Source: Thermoplasmata archaeon (lineage in GTDB: Archaea > Thermoplasmatota > Thermoplasmata > Lutacidiplasmatales > UBA184). From it: DNA of 64,000 nt. Positions within the stretch are counted from its first letter, which is position 1. Each line of letters begins with the position of its first letter. The translations under genes and the position numbers were made by a program. Below the pieces are notes generated by a model. That model ran no database searches, had not been told where the DNA came from, and saw only the letters and a list, made by a program, of their open reading frames with translations. The stretch is from the NCBI GenBank assembly GCA_021790425.1, contig JAJYEA010000002.1, positions 36,807 through 100,806 of the forward strand, written 5' to 3'. This document shows, piece after piece, positions 1 to 9,784 of the stretch.

Positions 1-19
1 GCGGCCCGCGGGCCTCTTC

Positions 20-274
20 ATGGCCGCGATCCTCCTCGAGGCCTACGGTTGGTGGAACGTCTTCTGGTCCGGGATCATCCTCTGGCGCGTGCACACCCTG
101 CCCATGAGCGTCGCCTTGGCCCGGTATCCTTCGGTCGGGGTCATCAGCATCCCCCTCTGGGAGTTCTTCCTCTCGACCATCCTGGCAATACTCCTTCCGA
201 TCGGTCTCACGCGCTACTTCGGCAAGTTCGCCCGGCGTACTCCCTCCCTGAATCGCATCCGGGAGACCTGGTAG
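20..274 (+). CDS. Hypothetical small membrane protein. Possibly the C-terminal end of a gene that starts upstream of the window.
   Basis: Hydrophobic 84-aa ORF. The frame is open to the window edge. No recognisable motif. Confidence 0.25.
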   Translation: MAAILLEAYGWWNVFWSGIILWRVHTLPMSVALARYPSVGVISIPLWEFFLSTILAILLPIGLTRYFGKFARRTPSLNRIRETW

Positions 275-300
275 CCCGCCGGGCTTCCCCGGCCGGTCCC

Positions 301-2538
301 TCAGCGGTACAGGTTGTCCTGGGGAGTGGGTGCGGGTCGCTTGAGCCGCTCCGCGCTCCCGAGGGTCTTTCCGAACTCCTCGTAGAAGCGCAGGAGATCG
401 GCCGAGACGGAGGGATGGGCGGAGCGGAGCGCCCGTTCGAAATGGGCCGTGGTGACCTTCTGGGCCTTCACGTCCTCGCGGATCGCCTGGAGCGCCGCCT
501 CCCGGCAGAGCGACGCGAGGTCGCTCCCCACGAAACCCTCCGTCGACCGGGCGAGCTCGTCGAGCGAGACCGCCTCGAGGGGCATCCCGCGGGTGTGGAT
601 CCGGAGGATCTCGAGTCGCGCCGGCAGGTCGGGGGGCGGAACGTAGACCAGACGGTCGAACCGGCCGGAGCGCAGGAGCGCGTCATCGAGGATGTCGGGC
701 CGGTTCGTCGCCGCGAGGACCAGCACCTCGTCCAGGGACTCGAGCCCGTCGATGGAGGTGAGGAGCTGGTTCACGGCGGCATCGGTCGAGGAGGCACCCC
801 CCGGGCCCATCCCGCGCCGCGGGGCGAGCGAGTCGATCTCGTCCACGAACACGATCGCCGGGGCGGCCGCCCGGGCCTTCTTGAAGACCATGCGGATGGC
901 CTTCTCGGTCTCCCCGACCCATTTGCTCATCAGCTCGGGGCCCTTGATGCTGACGAAGTTCGCCTGGCTCTCCGTGGCGACGGCCTTCGCAAGGAGCGTC
1001 TTCCCGGTCCCCGGGGGCCCGTAGAGGAGGATGCCGTGGGGCGGCGAGATCCCGAGCGCGCGGAAGCTCTGCGGGTTCGTGAAGGGCATCTCCACCGTCT
1101 CCCGCAGGGTGCGTTTGACCTCCTCCATGCCGCCCACGTCGCTCCACCGGACCCGGGGGATCTCGACGGTCACATCGCGCAGGCTCGAGGGCTCGACGGT
1201 GCGCAGGGCTTCCCGGAAGTCGTCCCGGGTCACCTTCATGCGTTCCAGGAACGCGACCGAGATGGGCTTGTCGAAATCGATGTCCGGAAGGTAGCGGCGC
1301 AGGGCGTGCATCGCCGCCTCGCGGGAGAGCGCCGCGAGGTCCGCCCCCACGAAACCGTGGGTCAGGCCGGCGAGCTCGGTCACGAAGGACTCCTTGTCCT
1401 TCTCCGTCCCCTCGATCGGCATCCCGCGGGTGTGGATCTCGAGGATCTCCCGACGGCCGGCGGTCGTGGGTACCCCGATCTCGATCTCCCGGTCGAAGCG
1501 TCCCGGGCGCCGGAGCGCGGGGTCGATCGCATCCTCGCGGTTCGTCGCGCCGATCACGATGACGCTGCCGCGGCGGGAGAGCCCGTCCATGAGCGTGAGC
1601 AGCTGCGCCACCACGCGCCGCTCGACCTCGCCCGTGACCTCGTCCCGGCGGGGCGCGATGGAGTCGATCTCGTCGATGAAGATCACGGACGGGGCGTTCT
1701 TCTCCGCGTCCTCGAACCGCTCGCGGAGGACCTTCTCGCTCTCGCCGTAGTACTTCGTCATGATCTCGGGCCCGGCGATCGAGAGGAAGTAGGCCCCGGC
1801 CTCGTTGGCGACCGCCTTCGCGATCAGGGTCTTCCCGGTCCCCGGGGGACCGTAGAGGAGGACCCCCTTCGGCGGCGAGATGGCGAGCCGGTCGAAGAGC
1901 TCCGGGTGCTTCAGCGGAAGCTCGATCATCTCGCGGATGCGCGCCAGTTTCTCCTTCAGTCCCCCGATGTCCTCGTAGGAGGTCTTGGGGGCGAGGATCT
2001 CCCGCTCCGCGACCGTCTCGGGCCGGATCGTGAGGATGGTCTTGGTGGTCACCTGCACGTAGCCCTTGGGGGACGTGGAGACGACCGTGAACGGGAGCAG
2101 TCCCCCATGGTAGGAGACCCCGGGGACGACGAAGAGGTCCCCGTGCGTCAGCGGCTTGCGCGTGACGGTGAGGGCGCGCATCAGGAAGTCGTCGAGCCCC
2201 GGCCCCATGTTGATCTGGGTCGACTCCTCCGAGATGGGCGCGATCGTCAGCCGGTCGGCCGGGACGACGTCCACCTTCCGCACCTGGACCTTGTCCCCGA
2301 TGGAGACCCCGGCGTTCCTTCGCAGCAGGGCCTCGAGGCGGATCGCGTTCCGTGGACCCGACTCCTCGTGCGCCGCGCCGAGGATCGCCGCAGTCGTCCG
2401 CTTGGGCCCCTGGATCTCGATGAAATCCCCCGCCTCGGCGTGGAGACGGGACACCACTTCGGGGGACACGCGCGCGACGTTGAATCCGATGTCGCGCTGG
2501 GCGGGTTCCGTGACCCGGAGGACGACGGAGGTCACCAT
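301..2538 (-). CDS. cdc48: Cdc48/VCP-like AAA+ ATPase (two AAA modules, N-terminal Cdc48 domain)
   Basis: Two Walker A GPPGTGKT motifs, DEIDS Walker B boxes, and a VAT-N-like N-terminus MVTSVVLRV.... The start was trimmed to the ATG at 2538; the 1400-aa track ORF is read-through. A TATA-like element lies about 30 bp upstream. Confidence 0.9.
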   Translation of the reverse strand: MVTSVVLRVTEPAQRDIGFNVARVSPEVVSRLHAEAGDFIEIQGPKRTTAAILGAAHEESGPRNAIRLEALLRRNAGVSIGDKVQVRKVDVVPADRLTIAPISEESTQINMGPGLDDFLMRALTVTRKPLTHGDLFVVPGVSYHGGLLPFTVVSTSPKGYVQVTTKTILTIRPETVAEREILAPKTSYEDIGGLKEKLARIREMIELPLKHPELFDRLAISPPKGVLLYGPPGTGKTLIAKAVANEAGAYFLSIAGPEIMTKYYGESEKVLRERFEDAEKNAPSVIFIDEIDSIAPRRDEVTGEVERRVVAQLLTLMDGLSRRGSVIVIGATNREDAIDPALRRPGRFDREIEIGVPTTAGRREILEIHTRGMPIEGTEKDKESFVTELAGLTHGFVGADLAALSREAAMHALRRYLPDIDFDKPISVAFLERMKVTRDDFREALRTVEPSSLRDVTVEIPRVRWSDVGGMEEVKRTLRETVEMPFTNPQSFRALGISPPHGILLYGPPGTGKTLLAKAVATESQANFVSIKGPELMSKWVGETEKAIRMVFKKARAAAPAIVFVDEIDSLAPRRGMGPGGASSTDAAVNQLLTSIDGLESLDEVLVLAATNRPDILDDALLRSGRFDRLVYVPPPDLPARLEILRIHTRGMPLEAVSLDELARSTEGFVGSDLASLCREAALQAIREDVKAQKVTTAHFERALRSAHPSVSADLLRFYEEFGKTLGSAERLKRPAPTPQDNLYR

Positions 2539-2565
2539 GGCGGAGCCCCACCACCGCCGGCGGAC

Positions 2566-2576
2566 ATTAAGATTTA
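2566..2576 (-). promoter_or_regulatory. AT-rich TATA-like box (taaatcttaat on the minus strand), 28-38 bp upstream of the cdc48 ATG. Implies a leaderless or short-leader transcript.
   Basis: Isolated AT island in roughly 68% GC DNA. Confidence 0.3.
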
Positions 2577-2615
2577 CGGGCGGGACCGGGTCCCCCCGTC
2601 GGACGCCCCGGGGGG

Positions 2616-5309
2616 CTAGCGCTTCTTCGCCCCCAGCGGGATCTCGGGGGCCATGGCCGCCACCCGGATCCGGGCGTCCACGATGGCGAACCCCTTGCCC
2701 TCCGGCAAGACCATCACGGGGTTGAGGTCCATCTCGGCGATGCCGTGGAGGTCGTCCGCGAGCCGGCCCACCCGGAGGAGAAGGTCCTTCAGCGCGGCCA
2801 CGTCGCAGGGGGCGCTCCCGCGATACCCCTGGAGCAGCCGGTAGGTCTTGAGGGAGGTGATCATCTCCTCTGCCTCCCGCTCCGTCAGCGGGGCCAGCCG
2901 CACGGTGACGTCCCGCAAGAGCTCGACGAGGGTGCCGCCCGCGCCGCAGGCCACCATGGGCCCGAAGGTCACATCGTGGGTGACCCCGATGAGCATCTCG
3001 ACAGCCTCCCGGATCTGCGGTTGCACCAGGAATCCCTGGACCACCGCCCCCTGGGCCTCGAGCCGGTGGGCCATCGCGCGCGCCTCGGCTTCGACCGCCG
3101 CCCGTCCTTCCAGCCCCAGGACCACGGCCCCGGCATCCTTCTTGTGCAGGACCCCGGGGGCGATCCCCTTCAGCACGATCGCTCCTCCCAGGGCCTCCGC
3201 GGCGGCCCCGGCCTCTTCCGGGGTGGAGACGACCTTGGTGGCCACGGTAGGGATCCCGTAGTACCCCAGGAGCTCCTGCACCTTCTCGGAGGGAAGCCAG
3301 GAATCGCCCCGGGACGAGGCGACGCCCACCAGGGACGCCGCCTTGGTCTTCTGGATGTCCGTGAAGGTGGGAGGGGCCTCCACGGGCCGAGCGAGCCACT
3401 TCCCGTACTCCACCGCCTTGGCGATCGCCGTCACGGCGGCCTCCGGGAACTGGTAGACGGGAACGCGGACGTCTCCCTGCGTGAGGAGCGGGGGAACGTC
3501 CGTGCTCGCCATGAGCACGGCCACGATCGGGATGCGGCGTCCGATCTTTCCGGCGGCGAAGAGGATGTCCTCGGCCACCTCGTGGGCCTTGAGGCCGAGG
3601 GGAGGGATGAAGATCACGACGAGCGCATCGACGGCGGGGTCCCTCGCCACGATCTGGGAGACGGTCCGGTAGTTCTCCCGGGTGGCCGAGGCGACCATGT
3701 CGATGGGGTTCCGGACGGACGCATCCGGGCGAAGGAAGGCCCGGAGGGCCTCCTGGGTCTTCGGGCTCATCTCGGGAACAGAGAGGCCGAGGTTCTCGCA
3801 CGCGTCGGCGGCCAGGATCCCCGCGCCGCCCGCATTCGTGACGATCGCGACGTTCGGTCCCTTGGGCACCGGCTGGCTGTTGAGGAAGACCGCCACGTCG
3901 AACATCTCCTCCAGCGTGTCCGTGCGGATCACGCCGGACTGCCGGAAGAGGGCATCCACGGTGACGGTGGAGGCGGCGACCAGGGCCCCCGTGTGGGACT
4001 GCGTCGCCCGGAAGCCGGCCGCCGACCGGCCCCCCTTCACCGCGACGATGGGCTTCTGCCGCGTCACCCGTCGGGCGATGTGGGCGAACTTGCGGGGGTT
4101 CCCGAAGGACTCGAGGTAGAGCAGGATGAGCTTGGTGTCGGGATCCGACTCCCAGTAGTTCAGGAGGTCGTTCCCGGAGATGTCGACCTTGTTCCCCACC
4201 GAGATGAAGCTCGACATCCCGTGGCCCAGGTGGTTCGCGTAATCGATGAGCGCCAGCCCGACGGCGCCGGATTGCGACAGGATCCCGATGCTTCCGGGGA
4301 CCGGGCGCTCGGGGGAGAACTGCGCGTTCAGGTTCACGGCGGGCGAGGTGTTGGCGACGCCCATGCAGTTGGGACCCACGATCCGCATCCCGTGCCGACG
4401 GCAGGTGTCGACCAGCTGTTGCTGCATCTCCCGTCCCTTCTCCCCGGCCTCCCCGAACCCGGCCGAGATCACGACGAGCGAGTGCACGCCCTTCTGCGCG
4501 CACTCCTCGGCCGTGGGAACGACCATCGCCGAGGGCACGCAGAGGATCGCGAGGTCCACCGGGCCCGGCACGTCCATCACCGACTTGTAGGCGGGAACGG
4601 ACTGCACGACAGCGGCCTTCGGGTTCACGGGGTAGACGGGGCCCGGGAATCCCGCGCTGAGGCAGTTGTGGAAGAGTTCCCCTCCGATCGTTCCGCGCTC
4701 CCGCGCCGCCCCGATGACCGCCACCGACCGGGGGCGGAGGAAGCCCCGCACGGCGGCGGCACTCGCAGCGGCCTCCCGCAGGGCGAAACGCTCGATCACC
4801 TCACGGGACAGGGAGGTCGGCTGGGTGACGCGCACGAAGCCCGGCTCGTAGTGTTGGGTGATCGGGAAGCCGAGATTGCGGATGACCGCCAGGATCCGCG
4901 AGTTGTTGGGGGAGACCAGGTGTTCCAGCGTGGAGATGCCGGCGGCACCGGCCGCTTCGGAAAGCTGGCCCAGCATGATCGATCCGAGGCCCTTCCCCCA
5001 AAAGCGTTCTGAGATGATGATGCCCGGCTCGGCGACGTCCGGAGAGATCCGGTGGTAGGAGGCCTGGGCCATGACCGCCCCCTCGTGCCATCCCAGGAGG
5101 ACGAACGTGTCGGGCGAGGGCAAGAGCCATTCCAGCAGCCGGTCGCGACTGCCCACCGGCCCGTTGAACCGGAGCTCGATCGCCTCGGAGGAGAGGCCGC
5201 CCACGAAGGTCACGATCGCCTCCCGGTCGGCCGGGGTGGCTTCCGTGACCCGAACGATCGATCCGTCGCTGAGCACCACGTCGGAGGTGAACCGTGCGAC
5301 CTCGTCCAT
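2616..5309 (-). CDS. Fusion protein: N-terminal GNAT acetyltransferase plus ADP-forming acyl-CoA synthetase (alpha CoA-binding/ligase and beta ATP-grasp domains)
   Basis: GNAT motif: ...RFWGKGLGSIMLGQL. ACD motifs: VAVIGAAR...GG, SHTGAL (phosphohistidine loop), and the ATP-grasp ...AIVLKGIAPGVLHKKDAGAV. The start was set at MDEVARF (ATG 5309) rather than the track start at 5540. Confidence 0.8.
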   Translation of the reverse strand: MDEVARFTSDVVLSDGSIVRVTEATPADREAIVTFVGGLSSEAIELRFNGPVGSRDRLLEWLLPSPDTFVLLGWHEGAVMAQASYHRISPDVAEPGIIISERFWGKGLGSIMLGQLSEAAGAAGISTLEHLVSPNNSRILAVIRNLGFPITQHYEPGFVRVTQPTSLSREVIERFALREAAASAAAVRGFLRPRSVAVIGAARERGTIGGELFHNCLSAGFPGPVYPVNPKAAVVQSVPAYKSVMDVPGPVDLAILCVPSAMVVPTAEECAQKGVHSLVVISAGFGEAGEKGREMQQQLVDTCRRHGMRIVGPNCMGVANTSPAVNLNAQFSPERPVPGSIGILSQSGAVGLALIDYANHLGHGMSSFISVGNKVDISGNDLLNYWESDPDTKLILLYLESFGNPRKFAHIARRVTRQKPIVAVKGGRSAAGFRATQSHTGALVAASTVTVDALFRQSGVIRTDTLEEMFDVAVFLNSQPVPKGPNVAIVTNAGGAGILAADACENLGLSVPEMSPKTQEALRAFLRPDASVRNPIDMVASATRENYRTVSQIVARDPAVDALVVIFIPPLGLKAHEVAEDILFAAGKIGRRIPIVAVLMASTDVPPLLTQGDVRVPVYQFPEAAVTAIAKAVEYGKWLARPVEAPPTFTDIQKTKAASLVGVASSRGDSWLPSEKVQELLGYYGIPTVATKVVSTPEEAGAAAEALGGAIVLKGIAPGVLHKKDAGAVVLGLEGRAAVEAEARAMAHRLEAQGAVVQGFLVQPQIREAVEMLIGVTHDVTFGPMVACGAGGTLVELLRDVTVRLAPLTEREAEEMITSLKTYRLLQGYRGSAPCDVAALKDLLLRVGRLADDLHGIAEMDLNPVMVLPEGKGFAIVDARIRVAAMAPEIPLGAKKR

Positions 5310-5418
5310 GGCCCGAACACATTCACGGATGGGATAAAGCCAATCCCACGTGCCAGCCGAGAGACGCAGCGACGTGCTCAAGTTCAAGTACCCCGGCATC
5401 ATCTTGCGGGGCACGAAC

Positions 5419-6036
5419 ATGTCCGGGCATCCCCATGGCCACCACGGCGAACACGCGCACGCATGGACGCGGGATGCCGTCGCCTTTCTCGACACCGCGG
5501 ACCGGAAGAAGGACCAGGACCCGGACGTGCTCTGGGACATCGCCGGTCTCGCGGAGGGCCAGACGGTCGTGGACCTCGGGGCGGGCCCAGGGTTCTTCGC
5601 CTTTCCCGCGGCAGCGCGGATCGGCTCCCGGGGACGCGTCTACGCCGTGGATTCCTCGCCCGACATGATCGAGGTGCTCAAGGAGCGGAAGCAGGCGCGG
5701 GACGTCCCGAACCTGATCCCCGTGCTGAGCACCGCCGAGCGGATCCCGCTGGACGATGCGGTGGCGGACGTGGTACTCCTGGCGAACGTGCTCCACGACA
5801 TCCCCCGTCGGACGCTGCTCGAGGGAACCCGCGTCCTCCGGCCCGGCGGCACCCTCGTGAACGTGGACTGGCACAAGCGGGAGACCGATGGGGGACCGCC
5901 GCTCGCCATCCGCCTGACGCCCGATGAAGCGTCGGAGCACCTCCGTGCGGCCGGTCTCGTCGAGACCCGACGCACCGATTTCGGGAGCCACCACTACGTG
6001 CTCCTGATGCGGAAGGGGAGCAAGCAGACCCCATGA
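5419..6036 (+). CDS. Class I SAM-dependent methyltransferase (Methyltransf_11-like)
   Basis: VVDLGAGPGFF motif I, and LRPGGTLVNVDW. The alternative start at 5350 cannot be excluded. ATGA overlap with the downstream MBL gene. Confidence 0.65.
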   Translation: MSGHPHGHHGEHAHAWTRDAVAFLDTADRKKDQDPDVLWDIAGLAEGQTVVDLGAGPGFFAFPAAARIGSRGRVYAVDSSPDMIEVLKERKQARDVPNLIPVLSTAERIPLDDAVADVVLLANVLHDIPRRTLLEGTRVLRPGGTLVNVDWHKRETDGGPPLAIRLTPDEASEHLRAAGLVETRRTDFGSHHYVLLMRKGSKQTP

Positions 6037-6647
6037 TGCTGCACCAGTATCAGGTCGGGCCGCTGCAGAACTTCACCTACGTCGTGGCGCAGGCCGAGGG
6101 AGGGGAAGGGGTCGTCATCGACCCATCGTACGAGATCTCCGGGGTGCTCGAGGAGATCGACCGGATGCACCTCAAGATCCGCTACATCCTCAACACGCAC
6201 AGCCATCCCGACCACGTGGCCGGGAACGACGACGTGAGGGCCCGCACGGGTGCGAAGGTCGGTGCCCACCGCTCGGCGGACCTGGGCCAGGACCTCTCGT
6301 TCAAGGACCGGGATACCCTCTCCGTGGGAGGCGTGGACATCCAGGTGCTGAGCACCCCGGGCCACACCCCCGACAGCGTGCTCTACGTCTTCGGGGGCCA
6401 TGTGGCGACCGGGGACACGCTCTTCGTGGGCGAGTGCGGCCGGACGGACCTCCCGGGGGGAAGCCCCGCCGACCTCTACGACAGCCTCTTCGGGACCGTG
6501 CTCAAGCTCGACGACGGCCTCGTGGTGCTACCAGGGCACGACTACGGGAGCACCCCCACCTCCACCATTGGCTATGAGCGGATGTCGAACTACGTGCTCC
6601 AGCCCCGGACCAAGGACGAATTCGTGCGCTTCATGCGCAGCCCTTGA
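6033..6647 (+). CDS. MBL-fold metallo-hydrolase (glyoxalase II / hydroxyacylglutathione hydrolase-like)
   Basis: THSHPDHVAGN (HxHxDH), later H and D ligands, and the GHTPDS motif. Confidence 0.75.
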   Translation: MMLHQYQVGPLQNFTYVVAQAEGGEGVVIDPSYEISGVLEEIDRMHLKIRYILNTHSHPDHVAGNDDVRARTGAKVGAHRSADLGQDLSFKDRDTLSVGGVDIQVLSTPGHTPDSVLYVFGGHVATGDTLFVGECGRTDLPGGSPADLYDSLFGTVLKLDDGLVVLPGHDYGSTPTSTIGYERMSNYVLQPRTKDEFVRFMRSP

Positions 6648-6746
6648 GTCGAACGGAGCTCGGTTTCCCCCGAAGGACAGGTCCGGGACAGGCGTCCCGG
6701 GGTTGCCGGGGTCTCGCTCTCAGCGTGAGGTCCGGGGGTTCCCGGT

Positions 6747-7829
6747 CTAACGGTCCTTGGAGACCCGGGGCTTGGGCATCACGGGTCGCTCCCGGCGGCG
6801 AGGCGACCCCCCGAGCTCCTGCTCGAGCGCCTGGGTGAGCTCCGGGAGCCCTTCCCCCGTCGTGCACGAGATCTTGAGGTTCGGGCTGTCGGTACGGAGG
6901 AGGTCCACCTTGTTCTCGGCAACGACGAACTTCCGGGTAGGGTAGAGCTCTTGAAGGCGTTCGTAGAGCCGCGTCTGCTCCTCGAGCGTCCATCCGCAGG
7001 TGCCGGAGGGATCGAGCACGAAGAGCACGATGCCCCGGGTGGCCTCCACTGCGGTGACCGCCTCCCGTTCGACCGCATTGTACTCGAGCCCGGGCGGGAG
7101 GCCGGACCGCGTCTCCGAGGAGCGGTCGGGTCGCATCACGAGCCCGGGAGTGTCCATCACCTGCGTGTGCAGGGTCGGCCCGATCTCCGCATGGCCGAGC
7201 GAGACCCGGAGGGTCGTGAACGGATACGGGGCGACCTTGGGGGACGCGGAGGAGAGCTCGGTGACCACGGAGGACTTCCCCACGTTCGGGTAACCGACCA
7301 CCACGACGGTCGGCTTGTCCGCCTCCAGGTGGGGGCTCTCGCGGAGCATCACACGGGCCGCGGCCAGCAGGGCCAGGTCCTCGTCCACCTCGTGGATCAC
7401 GCTGGAGGCGCGCCCATAGAACCGGCGCATCGAGTTCCGGATCTGGGGCAACTCTCCCGACTTCGAGAGCCTTCGGGTCTCCTCGGCGCGGAACCGGACG
7501 ATGCGTTCCTCGGCTACCCGGACGCGACGGAGCGACCGTTCCAGCCGGCCCTGCCCCAGCCGGGCCTCGAGGACCCGCACCATGAACTCATTGTAACTCT
7601 CCTCCGTCTCGCGAAAGGGGGAACGGGCGATGGCCAGGTGGCGCAGCATCATCCCTCCCGCTCGACCGATCTTCCTTCCCGTGAGGGAGCGCGCTCGCTC
7701 GAGCCGCGTCTTTCCGCTGGCCGTCACCTTGGCCGCACGTGCGAACGCCAGGTCCAGGATCGCCTGCGCGGGGGTCGGCGGAGCCTCGGGGGTCTCGTCC
7801 GGTCGAGGAGTGCCGCTTCGTTTGGGCAT
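6747..7829 (-). CDS. NOG1-family GTPase (archaeal Nog1 homolog)
   Basis: NOG1 N-domain followed by a G domain: VVVVGYPNVGKSS (G1), DTPG (G3), NKVD (G4). Confidence 0.8.
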   Translation of the reverse strand: MPKRSGTPRPDETPEAPPTPAQAILDLAFARAAKVTASGKTRLERARSLTGRKIGRAGGMMLRHLAIARSPFRETEESYNEFMVRVLEARLGQGRLERSLRRVRVAEERIVRFRAEETRRLSKSGELPQIRNSMRRFYGRASSVIHEVDEDLALLAAARVMLRESPHLEADKPTVVVVGYPNVGKSSVVTELSSASPKVAPYPFTTLRVSLGHAEIGPTLHTQVMDTPGLVMRPDRSSETRSGLPPGLEYNAVEREAVTAVEATRGIVLFVLDPSGTCGWTLEEQTRLYERLQELYPTRKFVVAENKVDLLRTDSPNLKISCTTGEGLPELTQALEQELGGSPRRRERPVMPKPRVSKDR

Positions 7830-7867
7830 CGTTCCCCGTTCTGAGAAGGGAACTGCTAATAACTGGG

Positions 7868-9784
7868 ATGGGAGTCGAGGACGGAAGAACCGTGGGGCGC
7901 AAGGAACGCTTCAGCACCCTCGACGTGCTCGCGCTGTCGCGGGAGCTGGGGTCGCTCGGAAGGGCCCGATTCGACAAGGCCCATGGCCTGGACGGCGACC
8001 GGTACGTCCTGACCTTCCGGGTCCAAGGCGAGGGCCGCAAGGATCTCCTGGTCGTGCCGGGAAAGTTCGCGGCCTTCCTCGCGGGGGCTGTCGAGCGCCC
8101 GGCGGAGCCGGGGCCGTTCGCGAGCGAGATGCGGCGCCTCTTGTCGGGGGCCATCCTCTCGCAGGTCGTCCAGCCCGGAGGCGAGCGACTGCTGGAGCTC
8201 TCCTTCTCGAGGGTGTCGGAGCCCGCTCCCATGCTGCTGGTCATCGAGCTGTTCCATCCCGGGAACTTGCTGGTCGTGAAGGAGGGACAGATCGTGGCCG
8301 TCGCGTCGCCCCGCACGTGGGCGCACCGGACGGTGAGGGTCGGTGCCCCGTACGCCCGCCCTCCGGCCCGGGCTGACCCGTCGCTCCTGAAGGTGGGGGA
8401 GGCGGCCAACGCCCTCTCCCGGTCCACCACCAACCTCGTCACCTCGCTGGCGACGAAGCTTTCCTTGGGGGGCCCTCTGGCCGAGGAGGTCCTCGTCCGC
8501 ACGGGGCGGTCCGGGTCCGGTCCAGCGTCCGAGGAGCCGGATGCGGTGGCGCGCGAGGTGGTGACGGAGCTCACCAAGATCCGGGGCGAGATCACGGACC
8601 CTCCCCGCGGCTTCCTCTACCGGAAGGAGGGGGAGGAGGACGCCCTCGATGTGGAACCCTTCGCCTCCCGACGTTGGTCGGCGGACCCTCAGGTGAAGGA
8701 GGAGCCCTTCCCCACGTTCTCGGCGGCGGTGATCGGGTTCTTCGGCACCGAGCTTCCGCCCCCTCCGACCCCCGAAGACCGCGAGCGGAGCCGGCTCGAG
8801 CGGCTCCGAGCACAGCAGGAGAAGGTGGTCGAGTCCGTCAGCGCCGCCGTCCAGACCCTCCAACACTCCGCGGACGCGCTCCTCATCCACTTCGGAGAGG
8901 CGGAGGAGGCGGTCCGGAAGGCCCAGGCGGAAGACCCGGAGGTCGAGAAGGTCACAGTGACGGCCGGTGAGGTCACCGTCGAGATCAAGGCTCGTCTCCC
9001 CGTCCGCCAAAGCGCCCAGGCGCTCTATGACGAGGCCAAGCGGATGCAGGCGAAGCTCGAGGGGGCGAAGAACGCCCTCCGGGAAACGGAGCGCGCGGCC
9101 GCACGGCTCGCCCCGGGGACCCTGCGCTCCCCTTCCTCCCCGACCTCCCCCGGGGCCCGACCCCGGAGGACCAAGCACTTCTGGTTCGAGAAGTCACCGC
9201 GTTGGCTCCTGACCTCCGGGGGGTTCGCGGCGGTGGCCGGGAAGGATGCCCGCACGAACGACTGGGTCGTCAAGCGGAACCTCCGCCCGGAAGACATCTA
9301 CATCCACGCGGACGTCCACGGTGCCCCCAGCGTGGTCGTGCGCTGCACGGCCGGCAACGCTCCCGTCGGGACGGAACTGGAGCAGATCTGCCAGTGGGCC
9401 GTCTGCTTCTCGAAGGCCTGGCGTGCGGGGCACGCATCGGCCGATGCGTTCTGGGTGAGGGGGGACCAGGTGACGAAGGCGGGGGCGAGCGGGGAGTTCG
9501 TGCCCGCCGGGGCTTGGGTGATCCACGGCACGAAGAACTTCCTGAAGGACCTCCCGCTCGAACTCGGGGTGGGGGAGGTCCGTTGGGAGGGGGAGGTCCT
9601 CCTCATGGCGGGCCCTCCCTCCGCGTTCACCGGGCCGGGTCGCCGCCTCCTCTGGTCCCTGAGGCCGGGAAGGGAGGATGCGCGGCGCGAGGCCGAGCGC
9701 GAGCTCTCGCGCTCGCTCGGGTGCTCGCTGGAGACCGTTCAGTCGATGTTGCCGGGCGGCGGTCTCGACCTGCGCCGCATCTGA
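7868..9784 (+). CDS. NFACT-domain protein (Rqc2/Tae2/FbpA homolog)
   Basis: N-terminal NFACT-N; coiled-coil middle region; NFACT-R motif ...KDARTNDWVVKRNLRPEDIYIHADVHGAPSVVV. The start was trimmed to MGVEDGR (7868). Confidence 0.8.
   Translation: MGVEDGRTVGRKERFSTLDVLALSRELGSLGRARFDKAHGLDGDRYVLTFRVQGEGRKDLLVVPGKFAAFLAGAVERPAEPGPFASEMRRLLSGAILSQVVQPGGERLLELSFSRVSEPAPMLLVIELFHPGNLLVVKEGQIVAVASPRTWAHRTVRVGAPYARPPARADPSLLKVGEAANALSRSTTNLVTSLATKLSLGGPLAEEVLVRTGRSGSGPASEEPDAVAREVVTELTKIRGEITDPPRGFLYRKEGEEDALDVEPFASRRWSADPQVKEEPFPTFSAAVIGFFGTELPPPPTPEDRERSRLERLRAQQEKVVESVSAAVQTLQHSADALLIHFGEAEEAVRKAQAEDPEVEKVTVTAGEVTVEIKARLPVRQSAQALYDEAKRMQAKLEGAKNALRETERAAARLAPGTLRSPSSPTSPGARPRRTKHFWFEKSPRWLLTSGGFAAVAGKDARTNDWVVKRNLRPEDIYIHADVHGAPSVVVRCTAGNAPVGTELEQICQWAVCFSKAWRAGHASADAFWVRGDQVTKAGASGEFVPAGAWVIHGTKNFLKDLPLELGVGEVRWEGEVLLMAGPPSAFTGPGRRLLWSLRPGREDARREAERELSRSLGCSLETVQSMLPGGGLDLRRI

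Noticed and set aside
49-2619. 856-aa plus-strand ORF antisense to cdc48, and many similar long ORFs (e.g. 2745-5012, 683-2554, 7856-9178, 9194-10423, 13763-15103, 35233-36645, 52651-54219, 61302-63236)
   Set aside because: All are antisense to, or out of frame with, genes that have clear motifs. Their compositions are dominated by R, G, P, D and H, as expected from stop-codon depletion at ~68% GC. No recognisable domains.
301-4503. 1400-aa minus-strand ORF spanning cdc48 and running far upstream, antisense to the ACD gene
   Set aside because: GC-rich read-through in the same frame as cdc48. The extension is R/G/P-rich low complexity with no motifs. The conserved Cdc48 N-terminus begins at the ATG at 2538, and a TATA box is correctly placed before that start.
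2616-5540. Longer start (MSQSTSG... at 5540, or MFVPRK at 5420) for the GNAT-ACD gene
   Set aside because: The conserved GNAT fold begins right after MDEVARF (ATG 5309). The upstream extension is low-complexity and would overlap the divergent methyltransferase gene and its promoter.
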